Shown in pieces: positions 1 to 14,092 of a DNA stretch of 64,000 nt (its first letter is position 1; the number at the start of each line of letters is the position of its first letter). The translations under genes were made by a program, and so were the position numbers. The notes below the pieces were generated by a model. That model worked only from the letters and a program-made list of their open reading frames with translations. It searched no databases and was not told the DNA's origin. The DNA comes from a virus, in the IMG/VR virus record IMGVR_UViG_3300045988_050969. One strand, 5' to 3'.

Positions 1-3000
1 TAATCAGAAGTTCTAGTCTTACCGTTTATCTTGTCTGCCTACATCTCATTAGTAAGTATTTGCTTCTGCTGTTCTTCGGTAAGATTATTATAAGTAGGTT
101 TATACAATCTAGTATCACCTACATATTTTCCAGTAGTATATGCTAAAGCATGAGCGAATAAATCAGCTCTTGCCCCATCATTAACATACTTGCTTATGGT
201 AGCTACAGATAATTGATCTGCAAAAGGAACAGATAATCCAAGATCCATTACCTGTTCTCCTACTTCTTCTCCTAAGAATCGCTGTATAACTGGTTTACGT
301 TCTTCTATTTGAGATTCTACATACTTTATAATACCAGATATACCATCTACATTTACATCTAAATTCTTATCCTCTTTTAGTCTTTGTAAATCCTGTTTTC
401 TTGAATTAAGTTCATCTCTAAGAGTAAGTAAGTCATTGTAATCTTGAACAGCAACCATTCTGCCCATGAATTCATTAGCATACTCTTCTTCAGACAGTAC
501 ATTTCTTTCACCCAGTAATTGGTCTACGTATTCGGATAATTCCTTTTTACTTCTAGAAGTAATATCAGATGCAGGTAAATCATTAACTATCTGTCTTCTT
601 CTATCACTACGTTTTTTATCATAGCGAGCTAAATAATCAGAATAATGTTGCTTTATTTCTTCTTTTAAATCAGCATCTTCTCTTATTTTCTGAATAACAC
701 TTTCTATTTCTCTAGTAGAAGCTTCAGATGCTTCACTAGCATCTTTTAATCTATCTTGAATATATACAGCATTTTTTACTACAGATATAAAGTCATCATT
801 ATTTATTCCTAGTTCATCAGTTATACTACGTAAAGACTTATTATTAGATAATCTTTCTATGTTATTTACTAATCTTATGTCTTCATCAATCATTTCATTA
901 GTAACACCTTCAGGTTTAAATTTATCCTTAAGAGTTTCTAAATTATTGATTATTCTAGAATAACCTTTTCTTCCATCAGAACTAGCAGCATTCATGAACT
1001 GCTCTACCTTATTCTGCTTTTCAGCATTACCATATCCGTCAGCAATATAACCTCTCAGATTACTATCTGTAAGGTATTGAGCAGTAGCACTATATACATC
1101 CGGTGAACTAAATACTCCAGACATAAATAATCCAGTAAATCCACCTATATCCATAGATTTACGTAAATCAGCATCACCATTTAGATTCTCATCAGGATGA
1201 ATACCATAGTATGCCATATGAGCTTCTCCTGCTAATTTTAATGCATTAGCAGCTCCCTACAATAGACTATAATCTCCAGCATTATCATACTTACCAGTTC
1301 TATAGTAATTACTTACTACTCCCTGTTGGCCTTCTTCTGTCTTTTCCATGAAGTAAGAAACGCCTAATTTCTTACCAATGTTAGTGAGATTACTTATAGC
1401 ATTGTATGCTCTAGTTTTACCTCCAGGAGTTTTCCATGCTTTATCTACAGCTCTAGCAATAGTACGATCTATAATACCATCAGCTGCTGCATATAAATCA
1501 TCTTTACGTAATCTATCAATTACAGTAGTTTCTAGTCCAGAGGATATATTACGATTACCTACAGCTCTTTTAGCAGCTTTCTATAATCCAAAGTAGTTCT
1601 TCATATATGAACCACCAAACATAAACATACCTTGAGCTAAGTCAGATAACATTAAAGCTTGATTAGTCTATCTAACTACATCTAGACCTTTTTGAGAATC
1701 ATTTACTAGCTAATTAAAATTAGCGTCGGGAGTGATTATATTCTGTGATAAAGCGTTTTCTAATACTTCATAATCTGTCATTTCAGAAGTATCAAATCCT
1801 CTGGCTTTTAGCTACTCATCGGCAGATTGTATTACACTGGGAAGATTAATTCTCATCTAATCTGCGCCTTCTAATACTCTCTACTTAAATGAATCAAATA
1901 CTTCAGCTTGAGTTTCTGAATTACGAGTGTAATTAGTAATAGCAGCTTGAGTAGCTAATTCTGCAGCACCAATTAATAAAGGAGCAGTACCACCAGAACC
2001 TGCAGCCATAACTGCTTTAGATGCCCATTTGGCAGCCATGCTAGTACCAAATTGTCCTAACATAGCTCCAAATTCAGAATAACTAGTACCTAACTCTGGT
2101 AATGCATAAATCCAAGATTCTGGATTAAATGCAGATATTTGATTATTCTCTTGTTTTTCTCTAAACTCAGCAGATATTTTACTTGGGTCATACAACCAAT
2201 TACCGTGCTTTAAAGTATGTATCATACTTTGTATCTACTGATTTTTATCAGCTAAACGAGAACTTACAACCTTTTCAGCATTATTAAGCTATTCAATCTG
2301 TTTTGCTAAATTGCTGCCTTGGTTTTTACTACTCCACATATATTCTATTTGATCTGGAGATAATTGATGAGTTCTCCCAAAGATTGCATCGTTTATACCG
2401 TCATTAGCTAATAAGTGCTTAAAGTTATTACCAGGATTAAGATCACCAATATAATCTTCTGCTAGCCAGTCAAAACTATAGTATTTCCATAAGTCTGTTA
2501 CAGAACCAAATTTATCAGTACTGAATAATTTACCAGGTCTAGTCTCATAGAATATATCCTGTAAATACGGATTAGTTCTAGCTAGCTCTTTTAAACCAGG
2601 TTGATGATATATGATGTTACCGTTCTAATCTAATTGGTTTACACCATTTTCTATATTCTTAATATTATCTTCTAGTTCAATTATTCTATTCTGAGCTGAT
2701 TGAATTTGCGTAGGTGTCCAATCTGTTGCAGAATCAATCTATCTTTGTAAATCAATTAATTCTTGTTTACTTGTAAGATAATCTTTAGCTAGATTAATAG
2801 AATTTAAATAGTTAGCTTCACCCTCTCTAACTTCATTCTATAATCTACTTAATTTAGATTGATCCTTCTTTTCCATAAAACTACGATATACATCTAAAGC
2901 TTTTATGTCTCCAGACTTCTCAGCTTCATCGTACATATAGTCTAGGACAGTGATATTCTTATCCTTATCATCTGCGTCTTCACTAGACTGAAGTAATTCA

Positions 3001-3242
3001 GGCATACTTCTAGATGTCCACCAATTAGATATTCTACTTTTACTATCTTTTGTAGAATCTTCATTAGTAGTTTTATTATCGTAGTTTATATCGTTCTCTC
3101 TATCTTCTAATCTTCTTTGGTAATAATCTGATCTAGAATCGTATGAATACCCATAATCACCTTGTAAGGTATAATTAGGGTATTCACTAGCGATATTATT
3201 ATCTGTATTTTTACCTAGAGTATAGTTCTATTGTCTACTCAT
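1..3242 (-). CDS. large virion-associated protein (>1080 codons, C-terminus beyond window start), TAG read as sense
   Basis: ATG 3240-3242 lies just below the TAA (3252-3254) of the upstream gene. Track ORFs 1881..2225 and 39..1217 and the short fragments between them share one frame. The separators checked (1257-1259, 39-41) are TAG. Hand translation met no in-frame TAA/TGA. Function unknown. Confidence 0.6.
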
Positions 3243-3251
3243 AATATTATA

Positions 3252-4826
3252 TTAAAATAGTCTGTTACTTTCAGATTGAGCTTGCATTACATCTCTAATG
3301 TCTTGTCCTATGTTTCTACTCTTAGCATGTAACGCATCATTCTCAACTGCTTCTAAACCGCGTCTGGGTACAACCGTACTTACTGGAATTCTTAAATAAG
3401 TACCTTGTTTAAGAGCGGTATTAATCGAAGTTCTAGTTTCACCATAATCATTTGTAGATTCAGTTACTCTTACCTGATCTTCGTCGAGATTTACCCAATC
3501 TCCTTGTACTTCTGCTAGATCTCTAGCTGTATATTTACCTTTATCTATTTCTGATTTAGGAATAAAAATGTATTTATTATGGAATATGTTTGAACCATCT
3601 GTAGTAATATTCGGAGTTCCAGCTACTAAGAAATTCTTAAACTGCCCCTTTTCAAAATCATCTTGTAACTTACTACTACTACCAATCTTTCTATCCATTA
3701 AATTCTCAGCAAGACGTTTTCTAAGTAAGAACTCAGAAGAAGAATTACCTACTCTCCAACCTTGAGAAGTCATCTTACCCGTCTGAGTTCCTTGAGCAGT
3801 TAATACTTCGTTTGCCTCAGCACCTATACCACTACTTAAAGTTCCAATAACATCGTTAATTGCACTATTTAAACTGTTATTAGTTTTAGCACTAAGAGTA
3901 AACATATCATTGAGTTTCTTTCTAGCATCTTGAACTGTAGGTGCATCTTTTAAAGCTGAAGCAAAAGTATCTCTTGCTGTTAACTCTAATTGGTCAGTTA
4001 GATTAAGTAAACGATTCTGTTGACTTCCTGCGCCTGCTCTTCTAGCTAATGCTACAGCCATTGGATCACGTTCTGCTTGGTCATAAGCAAATTCTCTACC
4101 TGCTGTAATAAGTGTTCTATTAAGTTGCTCTTCAGCATCCTGTCTACTAAGACCTTGTCTTTGTAATACTTCTAAATGCTTTTGATATTCTGGGGTATTC
4201 TGTATACTAGATAAGTTTCTTTGTATTTCATAATCTGTTCTATCAGTAGAAACTCCTTGATGAATCCATCCATCTTTAACTCCCATGAAACTAGCTTTCA
4301 GATTATCTACATATGGTCTCACTAAGTCTACTTCAGATTTATAAGCTAAAGGAGCTACGTCATTAAATATTCCACTATCTACTGTGTTATAGTTAGTGAA
4401 ATCCACATCATGCCAAAGAGGATTATACATCCCCTTTATCATTAATTCCTAATTAGCCTTTTGTCTTGCTAGCATTCCTTCTCTACTTTGCTTTAAATTA
4501 CTAAGAGTAGCATAATCAAGATTAGCAATACGAGAATTTAATCTAGCTCTAAAGTTAGCATCTTTCATAGCATCTGGATTAGTAGCAGCTTCATCTATTA
4601 AGTCTCTTATCTTTCCTAAAGAGTTCTCATAGTATCTCTAAGTATCTACAGCAGAAGGAGATTGAAATTCTCCAAACTTACTAACGGTATTAGTAAATTC
4701 ATTAGCAGCTTGTTCAACAGCTTGTCTTTGTGCCTAACCTATTCTATACAATTCACCAAAATTAATTGGTACATAGGTATTCATTATAGGAGCTTCTGCA
4801 GCTCTATCATATCTATTAGCTTGCAT
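3252..4826 (-). CDS. virion structural protein, unknown function (525 codons, TAG-sense)
   Basis: Track ORF 3252..4442 (TAA stop) continues upstream through TAG codons (4449-4451 and two more) to ATG 4824-4826. That ATG overlaps the TAA of the upstream gene (TAATG). Confidence 0.65.
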
Positions 4827-6691
4827 TATTTACCTCCTTTTCTACTTATTGTATTACGATTAGAATTCATCAGAGCCTTGAGATCATCTTCAGTAAAACC
4901 AGCTTGCAAGAATCTTTGATATAGAGGCCACATTTCCATATCTCTAGCTTTCTGATTACGCATCAATTCTCTATTCTGAGCCCATTGACTTAACTGACTT
5001 AAACCAGTCCTACGTATATTTCTAGCAGTAGCTCTATTCTGAGCATTAGCTTCATTAGCCATATTCGTAGCATTAACCCATTGCTGTCCTAAACTATTCA
5101 TAGTATTAGCATAATCACCTAAGTACTGATTGTTAACATTACTTTCTTGAGATCTTAAACTAGCTATAGCTCTGTCAGTATTAACAGCTGACTGTAATCT
5201 ATAAGCTAAATTAGCTCCAGTACTAGTATTAATCTGACTAGCATTATAATTACTAGTAGCTCTATTACGGTTTAAATCTTCAATAGCAGGACTAATATCA
5301 TATCTACGTCTACGCATCGTATTACTAATACTAGTAGCATAAGGATTATATACTGCATCAACTGTTTCAGGTCTACCAGTAAATAGATTAGACATAACAG
5401 GAGTTAAAGAAGCTATCCCTGACAAAGCAGAACCCCAATTAAATTTATTATTATCAGGCTCAGGTTTACTATAAGCATTACTTTTAGGTAAAGTAGTAAC
5501 CTTATCTGCTTGAGAAGTAAGGGCGTCTCCTAAACCTACCATTTCACTATTAGTAGCAGTTAGTAACTCTGGATGTTTTGGTTTCAGCGGATTAACTGTA
5601 CCATACCAAGTAAACGGTAATTCTGGTTTACCTTCATCAATTAATCCTGTATTCGTAGAAGTAGAAGTTGCTTTACGTCTACGTGTTGGAGTACTAGTAC
5701 TTGCTGTAGCTGTATTTGATGCAGTTGGCACATGATACCATTGATTATTACCAGTTCCCCACTGTACACTAGCTCCCCATTTACGATTAGGGTTATAGAT
5801 AGCATCTACTATTCTATCTCCTAAACCAGGTTTAATCTCATCACCTAAAGCAGCTGCTTGTATCTACTTAGTCTTAGGTTTAATACCTTTACTTTGTTTA
5901 ACAGATTCCTACATAGCAAATAACTAATCATGAATCATATTATTATTCATTTCATTTAGTTTTGCTGCATTCTCTGCAAATCTGTCATTATATTTACTTT
6001 TCTTCTTTGCCATCATTTTCTCACCAAGTTGTGCAAATGTTTCTTTTCTACCAGGTACTTTAAGCTTATCACTTAATACTCTACTACCTTCAGGTAAACT
6101 AACTAAATTACTGTCAGTAGGTTTATTATTCTCTGGTACTTTACTTATACTTCCATCGGGAGTCTATATTAATTCACCATCATCTACATACGCTAGAGAA
6201 GAGGACATTCCTCCATTAGCCATAGTATCTGTATTCATCCCTATCATATCTTCATATGCTTCACTTTGTAGGTAATTAGTACCTTGTACAGCGGCTCTAT
6301 TACCATAAGCATTCTTCTTAATTGCTGCTCTTTTCCTACGAAGTTTTCTATTACTAAATGCTCCAATTAGACCACTACCAAGACTACCTTCATCATAATC
6401 AGTAAAAGAAGTCATTCTAGCCTCTTCACCGGATCTACCTATTAGCCCTATACCTGCTCCTACTGCAGCACCAATTGGACCAGCAACTTGGAAACCAGTA
6501 GCTGCACCACTGGCTATGTCACTTACAGATTGTGCAGCAGCTTGCCCTCCTGTAGTAGCGTTAGATTTCTAAAAAGGAGTAGTTAAAGTATTTAATATAT
6601 CAGGAGCATTTTCAAGCATGTTATTCCCAATTTCTTTGAATTGAGTTCCAAATGCATATGCTGGTACTTTTGTTTTCTTTTTACTTTTCAT
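4826..6691 (-). CDS. virion structural protein, unknown function (622 codons, TAG-sense)
   Basis: Track ORFs 4826..5731 and 6164..6415 are co-framed, with TAG at 5864-5866 and others. TAA stop at 4826-4828. ATG 6689-6691 lies 2 nt below the upstream TAA. N-terminus is MKSKKKTKVPAYAFG. Confidence 0.6.
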
Positions 6692-6692
6692 A

Positions 6693-9600
6693 TTAAATTA
6701 ATGAATTTCTGTATGTTGTTGTAATCTATGGTATTTCAAAAGTATGATCTATATCAGAATCTAACTCATAATCGCATATCATATACTTACCTCTTAACCT
6801 AGCAGGTAACGATAACGCATCTTCATTCTTATCTGCTCTAGGTATAGGGAATCTAAATGTATCTTCTCTATAATCAGTTATTATATGTTGTTCAGGAGTA
6901 ATAACATTACCTTCTTCATCAAGTTCTTCTTCAGTATGCTCTCTAATAGCTTCTTGATGTTTGGTACTGAATTTCATATAATCTATGATATCGTCCTTAA
7001 TAGACTCTTGATTACCATCTCTAAACTCTCCTTGTAATCTAACATTATCAAATACTTTAGTATAAGGAGCATTCTTATTAATAACTATTTCTAATTTAGC
7101 TTTTCTATCTAAAGGAGTTAACCCTATTACTCCAGTATCATGTATAGTATGCAATTCATTGTCTTTTATTGCTACTACTCTATCAGAAATAGGTAACGAC
7201 CATTTAGGATTAAATGTATAGAAAGATGTAAATCTACCTAACTACTCATTAAATACTAGTGGTTTATTTAGTACATTAAACCATACCTCATTATACTTCT
7301 TATCAAATAAAGACATAGCTTTAGCTCTATCTTCTTTAATGTTTTTATTAAAGTAAGATTGTACCTGCTTTTCTTTAGATAACTAACTTACTTGACCTGT
7401 ATAAGAACATATTTCGTTCTTATCATAATCGTACCAATAAAGCACATTATCTGAATTAATTATACTCTTGTCATTCTTAATAGACGAACCATTAGTAGTA
7501 GTTACGTAGTCGAATCTACTTAATATACCACCAGTACCTAATACTAGTTGATTTACATTATCGTCAGTAATAAGTGATCTTTCATTGACAGAAGCTACTC
7601 CTACTCCAGTATCTTGGAAATAGAATAGTCTATCTTTGAATACTTTTAGATTGGTTATGTCTCCCCACTGATTATCTACATCTAAGTAATCAGCTACTTT
7701 GAATTTAGACCACTAATCTATTACTTCATTATTAGTCTTAGCCTATGAAGTTAATATTCTATTAGTATACCTTACGTCTTTATCAGCATACATAGAATTA
7801 GGTACATACAATTTACCAGTATTCTATACTGAGTAAACAGAATTATATACAAAGTAAGGAAGATCCTGTACGTGTATATCTTGCATCTGTGTAGGTTCTA
7901 ACTATAACCAAGAGTCTGCAAAGTTTGAACTAGTTACGGTTCTATGAATCTAATCACCGTGGAATAAATTCATATTAACAGTACTCTCAAATGGTATATA
8001 AGATCCTATGTAGTTTTTCATACCATCCCATTCCTTAGCATCAGGCAATTGGAACAACATAGTATTAGGATAATCTAACAGGCTTAGATAAGTATCCCCT
8101 CCGAATACATATTTACTATCGTGTGCAGATATACTTATATATACTGAATTCTATCTAGATGAAAACGTATTACCACCATATATGGAATTACCATCACGTT
8201 TAATATTAAATACAGGAATAGCATTAGTAGCATCAAAAGGATGAAGTTCAGAATACTTATTAGTAGGTACACTATTAAAACCTGTAAATGTATTACTTAA
8301 TTCAGGCACATGAGCTATGATACATGGACCAGCTGGACCTTGTAATGACTGATTGTCGTTATGAATAAAGTCAGACATAGAATAATTAGTATAAGTTCTA
8401 TTACCAACATTTATTCTTTTAGCTACAACATCAGGAGCTCCATACATATTATAATCTATATTAGGCGGATATTTAGCGTCTTCTATATATGATATATCTT
8501 GAGACTGACCAAAGGTTGGAATAAAATATTTAGCTATAGATGCTCCGCGATATACCTTCTTGCCTCTACTATCCTAATAAGGAAATCCTACTGCTAATAC
8601 GTTAAGATCCCATCTTCTACCATAACCTACGTATGGTACAGTATCTTGTTGTAATACTTCTCCGTTTACCTAGGTAACATAATCTGCTGCAGCGAATATA
8701 CTACGGCTTACACTATTACCTATAGTATTACCATTAGTGTAGTTGTCTTTAAAATCATCAAATTTGCTATCGTTTACTTTTCCACCAACGAATGGGGAAT
8801 AGTATGAACCAATTCCATCTAAGTACACACTACCTTCAAATAGTCTAGTTGCATCATCTCCTTGTACACATATCTCTGGAGATACTAGGCGTATATAATC
8901 ATTTGCCCTCATATTAAGAGAAAAGTTACCAACGTCTTCAGCTGTACCTGTCGATATTGCTAACTGTTCACCAATTAGACTACAGAAAAAAGGAGTAGGT
9001 CTCATCTCAACGCTGCTATCCAATTCAGTACCTTGTCCTACATACTTATCCTACTCTTGAATTCTATACTCGTACACGTAACTACCTACAGTTTGCATAA
9101 GTACAGTTCTATCACGTTCAGTTCTATCACAACGAACTATTTCATAACTTACTGCGCCAACCGGCATTTTCTTTACTTTAAATTCTATACCTAAAGCATT
9201 ACCTATAAGAGTATTGTTCTCATATCTAAATGGAGGCATTTGAGAAGCATGAGGCATTCTAATGTCGCCTATCCAGAGTACAGGAGAAGCTACAGATTTA
9301 TCATTATAGAATATTATACCAAATCTATATACTTCATCTCTCTAGTATCCTCTATAATTAGCAGCTATATACGGATCAGCGTAATTAGGTATATATGGAT
9401 TATTCTTCTGCTCTTCAGTAGGCTGTACTATTTCAGGCATTTTATTATCACCCCTGTTTATATACCTAGTATTATTTCTAACAGTAGGTACATCCATACT
9501 ACAGGATTGATCCAATCTAAACTTATCTTGTTTACTACTTAGATTTATATCTGTAGTTACAAAGGAATACTCTATATTAATACCGTAACCACCTAATTCA

Positions 9601-10865
9601 CCATCTTTATTGTATATATATGTATTCTAAGAATTAGATGCATCTTTTGTATACTTTACATTATTAAATGGATTTATACAATCGTGAGTAGTAGGAACAC
9701 GTTTAATAGCTTCATCATCTGTTATAGACAGACGAATATTATTACTATCTAAACTAGATAACAGCTATACACTTCCTTCTGAGTTAGCTCTATATGCTCT
9801 AGCATCATAGTCATTACCATCTTCATCTTCTGGTATCCAAGTATTCTCTGTTACGTTAGCAGCGAATAATCTATTTTGCATTTTAGCAAGAGTCTACGCT
9901 ATAAACTAATAACCAGTCATAGCATTAAACTCATCTATAGATATATCGCTTAATGTAGAACCATAATCTACATACTGAATATCTGTTTGACCATCTGGAA
10001 TATCTATTTCATCTACTATACTAATAACAGGAGTAGAGTTATTCTGTTCATAAAATAGGCGTATTACTCTTAACTTATTGAAGTCCTAAAGAGATAGCTC
10101 AGTAGATAACATTACTGATTTGTTAGATGATTTATTCAAGCCAGTACCTTTATATTCAGAACTACCTTGGCTAGTTACACTATTTGTTAAGTGAATTAAC
10201 TCACTCATTGGAGAAGTAACAGTTTCAGTACCATGCACATTAAATAATTGATAACAATATGTTACCATTCCAGCTTTAAGATTACCTTCAGATAACCAAC
10301 GGAATTTAAACGGCAATAAACTTACTACTGGAGTTATTTCTAATGAACCAGGATTGATTATATTCCCATTCTCATCTATAAGATTAGAATTGTCTATATA
10401 CTCATTACTCATTATGTTAACAATCTTAATAGGACTGTTTCCATCAGTAAAGTATATCTTTATGTTAGTATCTGATTCATAGTTACCTACAATACTTAGT
10501 GTGGGATTCTTAGATAAATCTTCACACAACCCTAGAGCTCCTTTACATACTAATTTGATTTGAGGCATATTACTATCAAACCCCATTAATCTGTATATCT
10601 TATTAATGTTATCAGATGTTTTAGTTATTACTACTGCAATATCATTTATAGTAGTAGTACCTATTATAGTCTCATCTTTAGGTATAATAGTATCGTATCT
10701 TCTAGGGTTCTCTATACTTTGTAATACTCCTGTAGTTCCTCCATCATTAGTGATAACACGAACATCCTCAGCATATCTATACTGAGTATCCGGTATCAAA
10801 TTTACGTCCTAGTCCATATTAAGACCACCCGTAAATGTATTAACTTGTGCAGTATTACTTATCAT
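6693..10865 (-). CDS. very large virion/tail protein (about 1390 codons, TAG-sense)
   Basis: Five track ORFs (6726..7154, 8151..8447, 8670..9023, 9051..9257, 10086..10799) lie in one frame. Checked separators are TAG (6726-6728, 7242-7244). Stop is TAA 6693-6695. ATG 10863-10865 overlaps the upstream TGA (ATGA). Confidence 0.6.
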
Positions 10866-11776
10866 AATCTATTCTAATTATAAATATTTTGTTCATCTCC
10901 ACTAGTAGAAAAGAACATACTATGATCATTAATTTCAGGGTATAATTTAGTATAGATATTACTAATAGTTTCTAAATCGTCTACAGTGGGCATCATCGCT
11001 TCTGCATATGCCTACTTACGATAGAAGTTATAAGAGTTACGTATATCATAGTAATCTCCTTGACTTATCTGACCTTTTAACTTTTTAGGATACATTAACT
11101 TCATAGTAACATACCAGTATATAGCTTCTTTATAAGATTCTAAATCTGGTATCATTGGCATACTATCTTCATCAGTATATATAGCATAGTAGGATATTTT
11201 AACAAATCCTCTAGGCATGCATGTATTAATATAACCAGGTTTAGTAGTATATTGTAATTCATTACTAAACATGGTGCCATCTCTATGATCTACTACTCCA
11301 GGAACAAATTTACCATTTACTGTACCTACTGTCCATTGATTAAGTAATATACTTAATGTTTGCCGTAAGTTAGTGTCTTCATTTAACTTTTCTAATGCTT
11401 CTCTATCAGTATTTAAATTGAACATATTCTTTACTAATGGAAACATTGCAGTATCTGGAATTAACATACAAGGTTCATTACTGCATTCACGGTCATGGAA
11501 TACACCAAAACTAGAAGTAGCTTTCCTCATAGGTAACCATCCTCCTCCATTACAGAATGAAAATGCTACTTGACCTAATTTATATAAATCACAAGGTAAA
11601 GCAACCTAATGGCATTCTATTGGTAGTATAGCTACCTTATGCTCATACTATTGTATAGCTCCTATCTTAAGAATGGCTTCCATGCACCACTCGCGCATAT
11701 CTGTAATTCGTATATCAGATTCTTGTAATTGCAAATCCGCGATCACTTTAGCAATAACTGTGTTTGAGGATATCAT
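10862..11776 (-). CDS. structural-module protein, unknown function (304 aa, TAG-sense)
   Basis: Track ORF 11012..11530 is extended on both sides through TAG (11012-11014, 10874-10876 and upstream ones). ATG 11774-11776; TGA stop 10862-10864. Confidence 0.6.
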
Positions 11777-11787
11777 TCTATTATTTA

Positions 11788-12249
11788 TCATTTCTCAGGA
11801 TAATCTCTTAATCGGTTAAAAATCACTTGTGCCAACTCTCTTTTGCAATCTCTACATGCTATAAATTGATATTTACCTTTATTAGTTAGTAAGCATCCTT
11901 GTTTAGACCAGAAGAATCTGTACTTATAATAATTACTGTGTTCATTAAGTAAGTACACGGGCTTACCAGTTTCTCTTGTGGCTTTCCAATCCCATCTAAG
12001 ACTCTTATTATCAAATGATTTAGGTAAATGTTTAATTATACTCAAAGTACCTAACCTACATGGTAACTTTACTTCTTTACATTCATACATTATTTCGTTT
12101 TTAATGTATTTAAAGTAATCAGTAACTATAGCTTTAAAAGTCTTTAAATCTACATCGTACTAAGTATTAGGTTCTATGTACTCCTTATAGCTTATATAAT
12201 AATCGGCAATAGTATAGCACTTTCTCTAATATTTTAATCTCTCTCTCAT
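11788..12249 (-). CDS. hypothetical protein (153 aa)
   Basis: Track ORF 11788..12090 (TGA stop) is co-framed with an upstream segment holding two TAG codons, back to ATG 12247-12249. That ATG overlaps the TGA of the upstream gene (ATGA). Confidence 0.5.
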
Positions 12250-12890
12250 TTATTATTAACTCTATTCTGCGTATCATCATGTGCATCATTACTATCATCA
12301 CTAGGCATAGTAATCATAACAGATAATTCTCTTTGCATTATCATTTGTGTTATTACTGGTATCATTGCAGATGGTATAGGAAATTCACTATCTGGATCAA
12401 AACAAGCGTTGAGTTCTGTGGGGTCTTCGGCTATTACATCTACGCTGATATACTCTAGCTGATTAGAATCTCCATCTACATATATTCTATTGTTTTTAAC
12501 CCATGCGATGTAATCTTTACATGTAGCCTTTCTATACTTCTATAATTTAGCTTTAGTACGACTACCTATCTAAATTATATTACCAAACATATCACGTACA
12601 TTTATTACTCCAGGTCTATAGTTAAAGTCTATTAACTTAGGGAGTTCTTTATCTCCTACATAAGTAAAGTAACCTGGTACAGTTTCTTCACGATCTAAGT
12701 GGATAGGTTCTATAGTAGTAAGATACATATCATTTATATCTCTGTCTTTATCTATGTCTTGCTTTATTAACATAGCTCTGTAACCTATAATCCACTTTTC
12801 AATTTGTGCTCTACTTAAATGCTCAGACTCTGCAATATTATTATTGCGAGCAATAAGTAGAATATTATCAATTAACTAGTTAAGTGTCAT
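12246..12890 (-). CDS. structural-module protein, unknown function (214 aa, TAG-sense)
   Basis: Track ORF 12570..12773 ends in TAG (12570-12572) and continues to TGA 12246-12248. Upstream it extends through one TAG to ATG 12888-12890, which is preceded by an in-frame TAA. Confidence 0.6.
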
Positions 12891-13010
12891 ATCTTATTTC
12901 TAATAATGTTATAAAGCTTAAAACGCATTTTAAGGCCTTTAGAGACACTTTACGTATTGTAGCTTACAATCCCTTACCTTAACTAATAGCGTTTCTTACA
13001 CGAGCTTAAA

Positions 13011-13042
13011 ACAAAAAAAGGTTGATCTTATTGACCAACCTT
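13011..13042 (-). terminator. rho-independent terminator (minus strand)
   Basis: Minus strand reads AAGGTTG-GTCAATAAGAT-CAACCTT followed by TTTTTTTG. The stop codon of gene 13028..13591 lies in the loop. Confidence 0.7.
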
Positions 13043-13591
13043 ATCCATTGCATTCTTCATATCCTAAGGAAGCATTTCCTTCATAGGTGGTGGCACCATC
13101 TAATTAGCTTTCCTTATTATATTTTTTAATTCGTTAACTTCTTTCTATAACTCTATTATCTTATCATTCTCTTTAGCTGGTTCATTATCTACTCCAAGCT
13201 TATCTAACAGAGTCTAACACTTAGCCATTTCTTCATCGCATTTAGCAATGGCTTCTTTTCTTTGTTTGTAAGTATTATATTGATTACGTACTATACTTAT
13301 AATTTCCTATTTATCTGTAGCTATAGTAAGTCCTATAGCATTGTCTGTTATAACTGATTTGTTCTCAGGTATAGTAAATTTCTTAGTTTCTCCATTACAC
13401 TAGATAGTTATATCTACTACTTTCTTTCTAGGTTGATTAGGCATAGGAAATTGCCCAGGTGGTAGTGGCTCATCATATACTGCACTTACTTGAGTAACAG
13501 AACCTTCATTATACTCAGTAGTCTTTTTGAATGTCCCAACCACTTCTATTATATATACTTTATCACCTATATTTAATTGATTGAATAACAT
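13028..13591 (-). CDS. hypothetical protein (187 aa, TAG-sense)
   Basis: Track ORF 13400..13591 ends in TAG (13400-13402). The same frame continues through about 5 more TAG codons to TAA 13028-13030. Confidence 0.55.
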
Positions 13592-13607
13592 AATAAGTTA
13601 GTTTTAA

Positions 13608-13625
13608 GGGGCTCATTTAGAGCCC
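13608..13625 (-). terminator. GC hairpin, possible terminator
   Basis: GGGGCTC-ATTTA-GAGCCCC lies between two minus-strand genes. The T-tract is weak. Confidence 0.4.
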
Positions 13626-13634
13626 CAATTTGTA

Positions 13635-14075
13635 TTAAGCTGCCGGTGTAGCCGGTACTACTATATGATTAATTACTTGGAAGATTCCGTCACATTTGTT
13701 ATAGTATATAAGATATCTGTTACCAGTTGTAATTTCATTATTTGTCATTTGAGCTCCGGAACCATTTAATAGAGCTTTTGCTCCAGTAGATGTAATAACT
13801 GTAGTTGTATTATCAATCTATCTATTAGTAAAGCTAGTAGGATCTAAGAATACTAAATCCGTAGGAGTAGCTGCACTAGCAGGAGTAGATGTTACATGCA
13901 GTATAAATAAACCTTGGCATGGGAGTTGTCTCCACAGTTTAGGACATATACCATAAGTAACTGAAGTAGTCGTAGTATCGGTAGTAACATAGTTAGTTCT
14001 CAATACTGGAATACCAAAATTATCTACAGTTCTTACTCTACCTCTATTAAAGTAGTTTAAAAAAGGATAAAACAT
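13635..14075 (-). CDS. hypothetical protein (146 aa), Thr-rich, one TAG
   Basis: Part of track ORF 13818..14111. I prefer the internal ATG 14073-14075 because AAGGAGG lies 6 nt upstream and the upstream gene stops at 14093. Reads through TAG 13818-13820 to TAA 13635-13637. Confidence 0.55.
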
Positions 14076-14092
14076 AGCTGCCTCCTTTCTTA